Positions 63,913 through 64,000 of a DNA stretch of 64,000 nt are shown piece by piece. Location: the NCBI GenBank assembly GCA_002269645.1, contig NIVC01000673.1:248001-312000 (forward strand), in the 5' to 3' direction. The translations under genes were made by a program, and so were the position numbers. Each line of letters opens with the position of its first letter. Position 1 is the stretch's first letter. The DNA comes from Macrostomum lignano (taxonomy: Eukaryota). The notes under the pieces are model-generated. The model had not been told where the DNA came from and ran no database searches. It saw only the letters and a program-made list of their open reading frames with translations.

Positions 63913-64000
63913 TTAATTTGAACTCAGGACCAGCAGCAGGCCAGCTGCGGCCGGGCAAAGTGCCGCTAACGCGTCAAAAAAGGCGCGCCAGTCCCGCAAA
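63913..64000 (-). CDS. Probable 3' end of a minus-strand gene entering from beyond the window
   Basis: Abrupt GC-rich patch after about 2 kb of AT-rich DNA. Reads LRDWRAFFDALAALCPAAAGLLLVLSSN* with a hydrophobic C-terminus. Confidence 0.35.
   Translation of the reverse strand, partial: LRDWRAFFDALAALCPAAAGLLLVLSSN

Overview
Eukaryotic (metazoan) genomic DNA. GC-rich exons, introns packed with unrelated mini- and microsatellites, and a flatworm-type orphan GPCR suggest a free-living flatworm such as Macrostomum (inference only). All coordinates, alignments and translations were read by hand, and array boundaries are approximate. Four genes could be reconstructed. (1) The 3' part of an NCAM/Fasciclin-II-like adhesion molecule (+, exons 2547-2791, 8269-8891, 9874-10404; 2 Ig + 2 FN3 + GPI-type tail). 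(2) An intronless rhodopsin-family peptide-type GPCR (-, 32886-34214). (3) A complete 7-exon TMEM184B-like gene (-, 40312-58418, 419 aa). (4) A divergently transcribed 3-exon gene (+, 59943-61832, 317 aa) with an insertion-bearing, probably non-conjugatable SUMO-like domain. Mobile DNA comprises a tRNA-derived CORE-type SINE family (one full copy plus partial copies), a decayed Ty3/Gypsy pol fragment, and a head-to-tail pair of non-autonomous Helitrons inside TMEM184 intron 2. Each Helitron carries a tRNA-like Pol III A/B-box module followed by its own homogenised 23-bp satellite. About 30 tandem arrays fill the rest and explain nearly all long ORFs in the supplied track. The best leads are the Helitron dimer (Pol III module, satellite, iterated 3' ends), a candidate 21-nt in-frame microexon in the NCAM-like Ig domain, a splice-site-flanked 1668-nt (GAKER)n candidate exon, the atypical SUMO-like protein, and a double palindrome between the divergent genes.
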